Shown here piece by piece: positions 19,472 through 64,000 of a stretch of 64,000 nucleotides of DNA; within the stretch, counting starts at the first letter, position 1, and the number at the start of each line of letters is the position of its first letter. A program made the translations under genes and the position numbers. The notes under the pieces are model-generated. The model did no database searches, was not told the DNA's origin, and saw only the letters and a list, made by a program, of their open reading frames with translations. The DNA is from Amoebidium appalachense (Eukaryota; Protista; Ichthyosporea): positions 9,204,468 to 9,268,467 of the forward strand of contig CAVNZM010000004.1 in NCBI GenBank assembly GCA_963693365.1. Reading direction: 5' to 3'.

Positions 19472-20290
19472 ATGGCGTTCCTGGAAACAAGGGCCGTGCG
19501 GCCGCAGGTTGTGTGGGCTGGGCTTGGTGTAGCCGGTGTGTTTCTCCTTTTCCTCCTTGGTGGCTGATTTCCCACTAAGAACGTGGCCTGGAGTGCATCT
19601 TCATACCAAAGCCTGCCAAGAAACTATGAGGTAACGTTCATGACGGGCTTGCTGCGAATGTGGCATCATCTTGCAGAGTTAGAACGACGAGTTAGATCGG
19701 TAGGGCCTGGTACACCCGTAGGAAACGTTGCCTACCAGGGGGCGGAGGTAACAACATACTACCTGATGGCCTCGAAAAACAACTTGAAATCCATCTGTGA
19801 GAGTGGTTTTGGTTCCGGCCACTCTACGGTCATTTACCTGAGCGCGAACGCCGAAGCCAAGGTGCTAACGTTCGATTTGGGCTTGGAGGAACACAACGGG
19901 AAAGGTTTTAAGGCTGCTGGACTCGCGTACATCAACGAAATGTTCCCGCAAAGGCACTCAGTTGTGTGGGGTGATGCAAAGAATCAAATTGTTTTGTATA
20001 ACGAGCAGCATCCAGAACATCGCTGCGACCTTGTAGTGGTTGATGGGGACCACAGTCAGGAAGGGCAATACGAGGAGATAGTTGCGTTTCGAAGATTGAG
20101 CGACAAAAACGGATTGATTCTTGTGGACATGGACTACGGAGGGTTGATAAAAGCGGTTAATGAGGGCCTCGTGTCCTGTGTGGCCAAGTGGCAGGAGTCA
20201 CAGACGGAGGAGCAACTGCGAAAGGGATTTGGTAAGAACATGGTGGGGGGCCTTGAGGTGTCTTGGCTCTTGTGTCTTTTTGCTAAGTGA
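19472..20290 (+). pseudogene. Class I SAM-dependent methyltransferase (Methyltransf_24-like) with an in-frame TGA at 19565-19567 after the signal anchor
   Basis: ATG 19472 in AAAAACATGG context gives MAFLETRAVRPQVVWAGLGVAGVFLLFLLGG*FPTKNVAW..., in the same frame as ORF 19583..20290 with ICESGFGSGHS, TFDLG, CDLVVVDGDH. Confidence 0.7.
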
Positions 20291-20442
20291 GTGTTTCACC
20301 TCTGGAAAGTCAGTGATAACTTTGAGTCTGAAACACCTTTTTTAGTGGTTTCTCGGTTTTACCAGCATGGATTGTTGTAACTGGCGTTGAGGATTATTGG
20401 CGCTATTTTGTAATGTTGAGGGAAACATGATAAAAGCATGCC

Positions 20443-20555
20443 GAGTTGCTACTGTTATAGCTCACTTAAAAAGACACTGTATGTGACCAACTGTGGAGAG
20501 TTGCTACTGTTATAGCTCAATTTAAAAGACACTGTATGTGGCCATCTGTGGAGTT
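20443..20555. repeat. ~56-bp tandem duplication
   Basis: GAGTTGCTACTGTTATAGCTCA..AAAAGACACTGTATGTG..CTGTGGAG occurs twice. Confidence 0.85.
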
Positions 20556-21112
20556 TAGAATTACCAGGTAGTCATATCCAGACTTAGACTGTAAAGATCT
20601 GTTGTTGTGTAGACTACATATGAAGCTAGATGTGCATGTTGTGCTGTCGAAACAGGTGCTCATCCTACTCATCATCCATCAGAAAGCACCAAAAATACCC
20701 ACCTTCTTGTTGTTTAATTCCGTCTATATCCATGAATACTTGTACCTAGAATGTAAAGAATAGTGGCCTGTAGACGAACTTTAAAGTAAATGGTGCATGT
20801 TGTGCCTGTCAAGACTATGACACATGTGGCTCGCTCAATCACAGCGCCTTCGCGTGACCTAACCTTGTCCCGAACGCTTGCATCTCAAACTGGCTAGTGC
20901 CTGTGCACGCTCTGTTTATGTGTGTGTCGGCGTGTATGTGTATATGTGTGTGTTTTGTGTACACACGCGTTTGTGTGTGTGTGGTTGTGCGGGTGTGTGG
21001 GTGTGTGGGTGTGTGTGGGTTTATTGTAATATTGCCAGTACCTATATGTGTATGTCTGCGCGCCCACGCGCACATATCTATATGCACGAGTTGGTATGTA
21101 TTTTTTTATTAT

Positions 21113-21160
<48 letters not shown>

Positions 21161-21246
21161 AGACTGCCTAGAAAGGAATTTTGTTAACGAGAAAAATGAA
21201 GGTTTCTTTGAGTACTCGGAGTGACCCCTAGATATTCCTCCCTCCC

Positions 21247-21293
<47 letters not shown>

Positions 21294-21398
21294 CCCCTCC
21301 CCTCCCCCCGTCACCTCCCCCGCCCCTCCTCTCCACACACACACGTCATGCAGCTCCGCTTGGAGTCCTCGGCATCCTCCCTCCCCCCTCCCCTTCCG

Positions 21399-21435
<37 letters not shown>

Positions 21436-21903
21436 AGCCTCCTCCCCCCTCTAGTGGGAGGCTTCGAAGCGACCGGGAGGTCCCCTGAGTTGCTATCGAT
21501 ATTTTCTTGCTTGTGCTTGTGCTTATAGTAACTGCTGCAACCTTAAGCCTGAACTTCACACTGCTCTTAATAATAAACCTGTACCGTCTGCCTGGCAATG
21601 AATAAAGACCGTGAATTCGAAGCTCTTTCTGAGTTGGTTATCTTTAACATGCTGGATATCAATGTATACGTATGGGCCGATATATACAGGTGTACATGGC
21701 TTAGGCCCTCTCTGAGGATAGGATATAGTTGATATCGATAATTGCATGCATACACACGGTGCTTTTTTCAGAACTCATGATCACTCTCCGTTGTAAAGGT
21801 GCACCTCGAACTCCAATGTATAACCTTATACCCCTCCCCCCCTTACCCCCCCTCCCCCCCCCCCCCCCCCCCCAAACACACGCGCACACACACATGTACT
21901 GTG

Positions 21904-21948
<45 letters not shown>

Positions 21949-22510
21949 CCGCCTATCCCTGGGAAGTTCGGGCCATCGATCCCCTGCTTCACGTCCCTCT
22001 TTGTCCCTCCTCCCGCATTGGCCCTCCTTCCTATTCGAGGCAAGGGTCACAACTTTAAGTTTTCTATCGGATGATATCCACCAAGCTCTCTCTTCTTATT
22101 CGGAATCGGATTCCCCTTCCTCTCTGTCCCTCCCTCACCCATCTACCCACTCCGGGATCGTTCTCTTTCCCCGTCGCCCTGGCTGGAGCTTCTATAAATT
22201 TTCACTTCGAACAAGGCCATAATACTGGGGTGTTGTTGGGAGGGGGTGTTGTGTGTGTCTGTGTGTGTGTGTGTGGGGGGGGAGGGGGGGGGAGGGGTAG
22301 CACAGTATAACCGGTTACGTAATGCAGATTATATGCCAAATGCACAAAGGGCATGTCACAGTGCATGAGCCCGGGCCAATGACTCGGATGTTGTCAGCAG
22401 CGCTTTGGGCGGGGTGGAGTGGGTGCATGCTGTAAGCCATCCATAATTTCGGATTCAACACTCAAATCCCCCCCCCCTCCCCCTCCCCCTAGAGCTCCCC
22501 CCCCCCCCCT

Positions 22511-22543
<33 letters not shown>

Positions 22544-23483
22544 ACCACCACCACCACCACCACACACACACACACACACACAACGGGGTACCTGTCCAAC
22601 AACTCACCCAATACCTGAAATTAGTATCTGTTTTCACTTGATTAATTTACATACTTGTATTGCAAAGAAGTTTTGGTGTGTAAGCATTTGGTTTTGTCTT
22701 CGGCCTTAAGGTTTCAAATGCATGAATGCATGAGAACCTTTAGTGGATTTGCCCCAAAGGTAGACCACTGGCGCTTGCGCCACCAAATTCCCGAATTTTG
22801 GTGAATTTTGAGTACTCCGCGGTTACTACAGAGTTACTATAGGCTCCTTGCGACATGAGATATTGATAATTATTTATTTTTTAAGTTTAAACCTTCCCAA
22901 GCCTGGGTCCCCGTATCTCTAACCGTGGCATAACTTAGTTTCGGTGCTCGACAAAAAGAAGAAAAGAACCATCTCGTTACATTTATCATCTTGAGGGCCT
23001 ACGGGGCTACAACATCAACCCAGAAAAATTTAACACTGTCCTACTGTAACATATACTGCAGTGCAGATTCTCATAAATTAGTATTTATTCAAATAATATG
23101 TATCAATTTAGAAAATACCTACTTTTTTTAGTTATACAGACTACATGTATACGTTTGCTCCCTTCCTGATACGCAACATGTACAGGTTTATGTTGCGTAC
23201 AACGACATATACATCATCCAACGCCACTACAGCTATATACAGTGGGCCATGCCACACGCCATTCTACCCAAGCTGCTTTTATATTTCTTCTGCTGAATAT
23301 CACTTCCTGCACCCAACATTTCTCTATACTTTGCGCACATTCTATTCACTCTATCAGGTCCCCCAAACCGATTCCTACCAGTAAACGTTATTACAACTCC
23401 CCAGCTATCTTAATTAATAGCACTATCTCGACATCACCACATGATCATATCCCGTCTCACGAGATATCCACACAACCAACACA

Positions 23484-47750
<24,267 letters not shown>

Positions 47751-48284
47751 TCTCGCAGTGGTAGCTATTGACTCCGTTATGTGCAACCCAGGCTAACACA
47801 CGCTTCCCTTATCACTGCTAGTGTAATGCCTTCACAGCCTGCTGGTTGAACGCCAACAAGCAAAAACTAGACGACTGGTTCTTGGTCATAGACGACCCTA
47901 TGCCCGCTCCCTTCTACACCCTGTCGAGCACGAATGTATGCACTATGTACATATAAGCATGTTTATATACTATGTACTTATATAACTAATAATCTTCACA
48001 AACAATATGTACTATACGTATTCTTGTTGCTATGCACAAAACTGATCTCTTGATTTTGCTCTTTGCGTCGGACTGCGAGTGCGCGAATAGATTTTAGCCT
48101 TTCCCCATGCGCCCGTGAGCCACTCTGAAATAATTTGGCCAATAAAAAGGAAAAACGTGCGCCGATAGGCCCGCACCTCGGTGACGTCACATACCTGTGT
48201 CGACATAAACATTCCAGCGCAGTGCCCTGCAGCTTTGCAGCCTGCAGGGCCAGGCTCAGCTGCCAGGCTTATTATTATTATTCA

Positions 48285-48812
48285 CTGCATTTACTCCACC
48301 TACTACTTACTCCATCCACCTATATACATTTACTCTAGTACTTCTTACTCCACCTGTATACATTTATGTTACTCTGCCTACATTTATTCCACCTACATTT
48401 GCTCCACCTACATTTTAATACTCCACCTTCAAGTATTACCTGTTGTAGTATTTACATATTCCACCTACATTTACTCCACCTGCACGGCACTAGCACCTGC
48501 ATTTCCCACGTATACGTTTACTCCACTTACTACTTACTCCACCTATATACATATACTCCACCTACATTTATTCCACCTTGTAGTATTTACTCCACCTACA
48601 TTTACTTCCACCTGCACGGCACTCCACCTACATTTCCCAGTGGCACCTACATTTACTCCATCTGCACGGCACTCCACCTACATTCAAAAAATTCCGACCT
48701 ACATTTACTCCACCTTGTATGTATACTCCACCTACATTTACTTTACCTATTTATTCCACCTAGTATTTGCTCCGCCTACACTTACTTCACCTATTTATTC
48801 CACCTAGTATTT
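48285..48812. repeat. Degenerate ~15-bp minisatellite (CCACCTACATTTACT), left part
   Basis: Dozens of TCCACCTA-cored units. The array continues at 50896-51205 after the inserted transposon. Confidence 0.9.
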
Positions 48813-49186
48813 TGATAATCCGCATAACCGGACAAATCTGTCCTAATTAATGGCTAAAAGGACAAAAGTGTCCTATCTTTTTCGACGGCGTCGCTAGCGT
48901 TGTTTTCGCTAGGAAACACCCCACAAGCTGGGTATGGCCAATGAGGTCTAGTATTTTCCTGCCTTTTTTGTCTTTATAGGAAACCAATAGGACTGCAGGG
49001 TGAGTAGCTTTTGGCGCGCAAAAGATCATGGGTGGCACCGTTTTCCCCCAGTTTTGGGGTGTCCGACTGTCCGATCACGGACACCGTTTGGTTTCCGAAC
49101 TAAAAGACACTGCATGATAGTTTGCGCGCTAGAAAACAAAAAGAACAAGGTAGAATTAGAGTAGAAATAGGTGAAAAGAAAAGAAA

Positions 49187-49430
49187 ATGGTTAGGCGTTT
49201 AAGAAAAGACCAGAGAGTTTGGGTTTTTCCACGCATCTTTGATGGTAAAGTCAGGAACGATGATGAACGTTGGAGTAAAGAGCAGTTTGGTGAAGAATGG
49301 GAAACGAAACAGTTCACAGGCACAACTGTGCAAGTATTAAAGAACAATAAATGGTTGGTACACATAGACTACGACGGGAAAGTAGAAGAGGTACCACGGA
49401 GCGAGATTCAGCTAGTTGTGGGATGTGCGA
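49187..49430 (+). pseudogene. Putative first exon of the piggyBac-related transposase (small beta-rich N-terminal domain)
   Basis: ATG 49187 gives MVRRLRKDQRVWVF...FGEEWETKQFTGTTVQVLKNNKWLVHIDYDGKVEEV, lying inside the TIRs upstream of the C-terminal fragment. Confidence 0.5.
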
Positions 49431-49544
49431 AGGCGTATATATCCTTTTTATTGAGGGGAGGGGGGAGGGGGGGGGAGGGGGGGCGGGGGCTCGCCCTCTC
49501 CCTCTCCCATCCCCCCCATACGTTGGCAGGATAAGGATTTCAGC

Positions 49545-50174
49545 ATGCGTGTAGTAACGACGGCAGGAAGTACGGAAGCAGGAGCTCCCCGTATCACAAA
49601 AAACGGAACACAAGTGCCCATGCCAAAAGCAGTGCGCGAATTCTTCACATATTTCAACAGTGCAGACGTACACAACAAACTCCGGCAAGGGAACAGTTCA
49701 CTCGAGCAGGCATGGGTCCCCCACACACCCTGGCACCGCACCTTTGCTGGGTTAGTTGGTATGGTGTTTGTAAACACCTACCTGGCCTACAAGCATCTCA
49801 TTGCAGACGGGGACAAGAATGCACTTTCAAACGAGCAGTGGTACGAAAAACTTGCGGGTGAACTTCTCAACAACCCACTTCTGCCAGCCGGCAAACAAAG
49901 CGCGCGCATACTAAAATCGCTGTCAACAAACACCACAACCGCCAAACGAAGCAACCTCTGTCACCCGGTGCTTATCGGTTCCGGCAAGCGGCTCGACTGT
50001 GTTATGTGCGCGCGCACGGATCAAAAGGGATACAAGCGCAGCAGGGTGAGCTGGATGTGCAGCAGGTGCGGTGTGGCATTGTGCTACAAAAATTCAGATC
50101 GCAACTGCTACGAGCAGCACCTGGAAAAGGGGGTGCCTGTACGTCACCGCAGAACCAAAGAGCAGGAGCAGTAG
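49545..50174 (+). pseudogene. piggyBac-like transposase C-terminal fragment with Cys-rich domain
   Basis: PKAVREFFTYFNSADVHNKLRQG (last catalytic Asp region), WHRTF..VNTYLAY, and CVMC..CSRCGVALC..CYEQH zinc-binding domain. Most of the catalytic core is missing. Confidence 0.8.
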
Positions 50175-50197
50175 GTGTGAGAGAGAGAGAGGGAGGT

Positions 50198-50236
<39 letters not shown>

Positions 50237-50895
50237 GTAAAGTTGCAGACTTTGCAGACTGCTTTGGGTTTGTGACCTCGAGCATACCTTTCGTGGGGTA
50301 TAAGCTTCCTTTATTTTGTCTTCTATAATAGAAGGGACTGGAACTAGTAGCAACAAGTGTAAAGAAGAACCACGTTTAAAACCTTTTGTACTTACTTTCC
50401 TCATTAACTAGCCAGAAAATTGAAGAAAAGTCGTAAACATTGTCTTAGAAGTAGAACGGGTGGTAACAGGGACAGTGTGGCTAAGGTTTTCTCGATAAAA
50501 GTGCCCTAAGTTGGACCTTAGGTAGGTTGCCTCAGAATTAAGATTAGGTGGTCGGGTTTTTTGCATGCGTTAGCCTATATCTCTAGCTAGCAGCACATAG
50601 TGGTCTTAGCCGCTCCAGAAACACACAACGAAAGTTATTATAGTTTAAATTAAAATTTAGCGGAAAAACCACGTGTTTTCTTAGAAGGTCGCCAACTTCG
50701 ATGACCAAATGCGCCCAAGAGATGGCGTCGGAGACCCTACATGTTATATATGTTACTATGTCGAAATGACGTGAATTTCACGTTTTTCACCTTTTTGAGG
50801 CCTGGTTACTATGCAACTGCGCTAGAAATAGCGCGATCGTCTAAAAATAGGTTAATTAGGACAAAAGTGTCCGAATAGATCTGTGCGAATTATCA

Positions 50896-51205
50896 ATTTG
50901 CTCAACCTACATGGCACCTATTTATGTATTCCACCTAGTATTTGCTCCACCTACATTTACTTCACCTATTTATTCCACCTAGTATTTGCTCCACCAACAT
51001 TTACTTCACCTATTTATTCCACCTAGTATTTGCTCCACCTACATTTACTTCACCTATTTATTCCACCTAGTATTTGCTCCACCTACATTTACTTCACCTA
51101 CATTTACTCCACCTGTACTCACTCCAACTACATTTACTCCACCTACATTTACTCCACCTGCACTTTAATACTCCACCTACTATCAACTCCACCTACATTT
51201 ACTGC
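50896..51205. repeat. CCACCTACATTTACT minisatellite, right part, with a ~45-bp higher-order period
   Basis: TATTTATTCCACCTAGTATTTGCTCCACCTACATTTACTTCACC recurs about 3 times. Confidence 0.9.
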
Positions 51206-51516
51206 CGATGAATATTCATCAAAGTTTGAGCGAAAATGACGAAAGACAGTCTGCCCATCGACTTTTTGTATAATAGTGCATGTGGGATGAGGAGAGAGGC
51301 TCTAAGATACTGGTGATACCGTGAGAGGCCTACCTAACTTGCAGTGCAAAATATTAGTGCCACGACAGTCGAGTTGGGTCTGAAATCCATGATGTTGCCG
51401 TGGCTCGGACTCTCAGGGATGGCTTGGAAACTTTTCAAGACCACAGGTTCTGTTACTGGTGGTAGGACTTGATGGGTATTTGTGTGTGTGTGTGTGTGTC
51501 AGTGTTGGAGGGCCCG

Positions 51517-51558
<42 letters not shown>

Positions 51559-52226
51559 GGCCGGGGGGCAGTTTTTCTTTTTTTTTTTTTTTTGGGGGGG
51601 GGGGGGGGGGAGGGAGGTTTGGGGGGGGGGGGGGGGAAGGATCCAGCCCAGGAACGTTAAGAAACCCCAACCCCAACGGCCCGTAAGGCCCTGGGGCCGG
51701 AGCTCATGAGATCAAGGGGACACGGAAGGCCTAGGAGGGTATGGTATGGCAAGGATCCCCCCCCCCCCCCCCCCCCCCCCCCCCATATATTAAAAAAAAA
51801 ATGAGAAGAAGATGATGATGATGATGATGACGACGACGATGGCGATGATGATAATGAAGAAAATAAGGAGAAGAAGGAGAAGAAGAAGAAGAAATTTGTG
51901 GCCATAGAGAGGGTGCTGGTTTTCAATTTTTTTTTTTTTTTACTGGCTCAGAGTTATCGAGTTTGGGTCTGTATTAAAGATCGCACTTAACAGTAGTTTG
52001 ATGATGATTCCACAATGGAAATGTAAATTGGTGATATCAGCAATGCGCATGCATACCCGCACGATGCACATAGGTCACTAATACTGCATGCACTAAGTTC
52101 CACAAAATATATGCTAATTCCTAGAAAGAGCACCTGTGCCCCAAAAATGTGGAGCAGAATAAAGTTCAATGCCTCTGACACTCCCCCTAATATGATACAT
52201 CAATTTTTTTCTGTGTGTGGGAGAGA

Positions 52227-52270
<44 letters not shown>

Positions 52271-53697
52271 GGGGGGGGGGGGGGTGGGGGGGGAAGGGCC
52301 GGGCTCATTCGGTAAGTGGGTGTGTTTTTCGGCTTTTAGATAGGATGAAACACGTCGTTTTCCTCTGTGCTCTTTTCTACCTCTGATAATGTTCACTGCG
52401 CGTTCAACCTCCAGGGAAGGCATCTGTGCAAACCCACCTCCTTTCGACACATCCCCCCCCCCCCCTCCTCCTTCCTCCCCCCCCCCTACCCCCACACACA
52501 CTGACACAAACACACGTCCACGCACACACACACAGTGCTACGGTATACAAAGATGCACAGGTTAACAATGCCATGCTTTCGATGGCGTCTATAGCAGCGT
52601 ATATATCGATTGGGGCCTGTGTAGTGTTTACCTGTGATGCACGGTCTGGCCAAATGCACGCATCATCGGAGCACGGCTGCATGCGTACACAGCCGGTAAT
52701 AAGCACGCGCACCGTTGAAATCTGCGAGACACACAAACATGTTCAGAATTTAGAAGCTCGGAACACATGCGCATCACATACGCACACTCATGGCACTGCA
52801 AAAGTGTCACCGCAAAAATTACTCCATACTCCAAAACTTGTCTTTGGTAAATGGTCGATTATTCGGTCACGTCTCCACATCTGCAACATGATGTATAGAA
52901 AACCACAAGCCAGTGTGTGTGTTTGTGTGCATGTGGGATGTCAGGCCTTGGACGGGGCTAACTAGACAGGAACCATCCCAGCACGGGGTAGTGAGGGAAA
53001 GGGGGAGGGGGGAGGGGGGGAGGGGGGTTGTCTGGCCCCCATATGGAGCCTCCACCCTTTTCCCTCCACCCCGTAACTCACCCTCCCCCCCCCCCCCCCC
53101 CCCCCCCCCCCCGCCCCCCCCCCCTTCCCCCCCCTTCCCCCTCGGGGGTCCGGGGCCCATGGCCATGACCTGGCCCAGGCCTAGGGATCACAGTCCTTAC
53201 ACATCAAGTTGAACTTGCAGGCGTTTATGCCCCCCAAAATGAAATATCATAAATATTATTCAATCCTACAGCTTTGCTATGTCACGTAGTAAAGTAACAT
53301 GCACGATCATGAACTGAAATCAAAACTTGTTGGGGAAGGAGGGAGAGTTCGAAGTCAGGCTGGAGGGTTGGATGGGGACGGGCGGGGGTATTAAATGGAA
53401 CAGAACAACGTAATACGGCAAAAGCTTCAAATGGGGCCCGGAAGCGGGCGGTTCCCCGGGGAGGAGGAGGGAGGGGGGAGGGGGGGGGGGGGGAGGGGGG
53501 GGGGTTTACCGGTCAGTGGTTGAGATGCTATCATGCATGATGCTAGCGCTAACATAGACTCTAAGTTAGTTCGAATTTGATACCCGAGTTTTCGAGGCCC
53601 TTTCAGGTATCATGGGAGAACTAGGGAGAACTTCGGAGAAAGAGAAGGAGAAAGTACACACAGAGAGAGCGAGACATGTATAGAGAGAGAGAAGGAA

Positions 53698-53797
<100 letters not shown>

Positions 53798-54573
53798 GGA
53801 GCCTCGGAGAGAGGGAGGTTATGTAATACAGTGTATTTAGACAGCAAGAGGGAGAGATATCTATGGGGTTTACGCTGTTTACTCGAGGCAAAGAGAACCA
53901 GGTATGGGAGGGGGGGGGGAGGGGGGGGGGAGAGAGAGAGAGAGAGGGAGAGAGAGAGAGAGAGAGTATGCACATGCATAATGTTAGTTTTTTGTATTCT
54001 TACATTATATTTTTTTAAAATAATATTAGTAGTCATGATATGCCTTGCTTATATGTGCATCATGTAAGACCAACTTAAGTGCGCGCACACGCGCAACAGT
54101 GTTCACAGCCGTACGTTCCAATGATCTGGTTCACCGGGGTTTGATATGTTGGAACTTCCGAGTTCCTGCCAGGAGGGGGAAGGGACTCCTTCGGAGTGCG
54201 TGAATGAATAGCTCTATGTAGGTTTTTATTAGCTGTAGTAACCCTGGGCAAAGTGTGTACTAATAGTTAGGCTTGTGAAGGATGGTTTCGCTTAGTTGAG
54301 CACATAGATAGCACCCTAACTAATATGTGTCGGTGATCACCATGCATATCAATAGTATGTACGCGCACGTACGCGTGAGGTAAACGGTATACGAAGTTTC
54401 CTCGAGGGCCTGAAGAGGTCCTCCGGGAACAAAATGTGATGAAATAAAAATAAATGAAAATTGACTGCTGTTAAAAATATCTTTAGCTCTCTGCACATAT
54501 CTCTCTGTTCGTAATCTGCCATAGCGGAGTCCCAAGGCTCTACTGAAAGCCTTGTTTCAAGCAATGAACATTT

Positions 54574-54650
54574 TGATTGGCTGAATAACCCTCCTCCCTT
54601 AAGGCTCATCCGATTGGTCGAATACTCGCCGCTCCAGGCTGTTGATTGGT
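54574..54650. promoter_or_regulatory. Three inverted CCAAT boxes (GATTGG) about 630-700 bp upstream of the GT61 start codon
   Basis: ATTGG at 54576, 54613 and 54645. Function is not demonstrated. Confidence 0.3.
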
Positions 54651-55278
54651 GGACTAAACTTACAGGAGGAAACATAAACATTCTGAAGCCATCCTATGCT
54701 CAGGCACAAGTTTTGGCAACGTCCAGTATACACCACGAGGCTAGCAGACGCGTTGCAGCCTTTTATTAGAAAATTATAATCGTTGCAGCGTTGGTTTTAT
54801 GAAAAACTAATGAGTTAGCCTCGGACTTATATTCTTTAAATAGGCGGTAGTAGAAGTGGCGGTATCATACGTACGCGTAGTGTAGCACCAACAGATGAAC
54901 AACAGTCATTCGGCATAGGAGCACACTAGACACCTAGCTACGTGCTGCTTTATTATTATTACAATATCGATATTATAGATACCATAGGCCGCAGGGTAGT
55001 TTCTGAGTTTCTTTCCCCCTTTTTCGTTTCTGTTTTTTTCCCCCTTGGCAAAGCTCAACGGTGCAGCCCATACAGAGGCTGGCGAGCCGCTAGGCTAGCT
55101 TTGAATCTCAAAACGAAAACAGAGTATCATTTAGGTGAGAAGCAAAAAGGGCAGGAGGGGCTCTGAAAAGAGCCTGGACGTCACAGCATCTTCCCATTAT
55201 TGTCCCCATTTTCAGTAGAGTTCTCGTTAGGGTTTATTCTCTGGGGCACCAGCCGAGGTCAGTACCACAATTCCCAAC

Positions 55279-63629
<8,351 letters not shown>

Positions 63630-63698
63630 GTAACCAATCACCACCTCCCCCCCCCCCCCCCCCCACCCGCCCCTTCCCCTCCCCCCTCCCTCCCCGTA

Positions 63699-63746
<48 letters not shown>

Positions 63747-64000
63747 AAAAAAAAAAGAAGGTAAAATGAATGGAACCAAACAAGCAAACAAATAAATAAA
63801 TTGGAATCATTGAGATAGATAATAATTGTGTTACCTGGTATGATTTGTGTCGAGCCCCCCCCCCCCCCCCCCCCCCCCCCCTCAAAAATCAAAAATATTT
63901 TTTTTTCTAATGAATTTATTGATGTGCTCATAGGACACGAAAAGGCGAGATATCGCAAAATAGACCTGACCGTGAGCCACATCGCGGAATAAAATGTAGC

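Larger units (their letters stand above)
48813..50895 (+). mobile_element. Internally deleted piggyBac-related DNA transposon (2083 bp) with TG..CA termini and an ATTT target duplication
   Basis: Imperfect TIRs TGATAATYCGCA...CGGACA...TGTCCTAATTAA at both ends. ATTT at 48809-48812 and 50896-50899. Removing the element restores the satellite unit CCTAGTATTTGCTC. It contains a transposase C-terminus. Confidence 0.82.

Noticed and set aside
19565-19567. Genome-wide TGA reassignment or selenocysteine
   Set aside because: TGA terminates neighbouring genes, the position is in a non-catalytic stem, and I could not identify a SECIS element.
48285-51205. CRISPR-like array, or coding ORFs 48181..48815
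   Set aside because: Contiguous degenerate tandem units with no unique spacers and no cas genes, in a eukaryotic context.

Overview
This is eukaryotic nuclear DNA from an unidentified protist or alga, with GT-AG introns packed with (CA)n/(GT)n, (GA)n and poly-G/C tracts. Host genes are mostly glycan- or lipid-modifying enzymes: four intronless type II membrane proteins (an uncharacterised GT-like protein with a duplicated domain, a GT77-like transferase, and two divergently transcribed SAM methyltransferases, one interrupted by an in-frame TGA), a ~24 kb many-exon PH-domain sterol 3-beta-glucosyltransferase (minus strand) and a multi-exon GT61-family gene. The most striking structure is at 6918-17243: two near-identical 1986-bp copies of a Replitron-type HUH (Y1 Rep) transposon joined tail-to-tail with no host DNA between them, forming a giant palindrome. 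Its centre is built from the repeated motif ACGTAGGGCTACCTTTC, and the insertion site resembles that motif. Three unrelated elements later inserted into one arm each: a PIF/Harbinger derivative (TTA TSD), a non-autonomous LTR element (GTACG TSD) and a 5'-truncated LINE (8-bp TSD). In each case the sister arm preserves the empty site. A piggyBac-related element with TG..CA ends and a non-TTAA target sits in a minisatellite at 48.8-50.9 kb. All alignments and family assignments were made by eye, without database searches.
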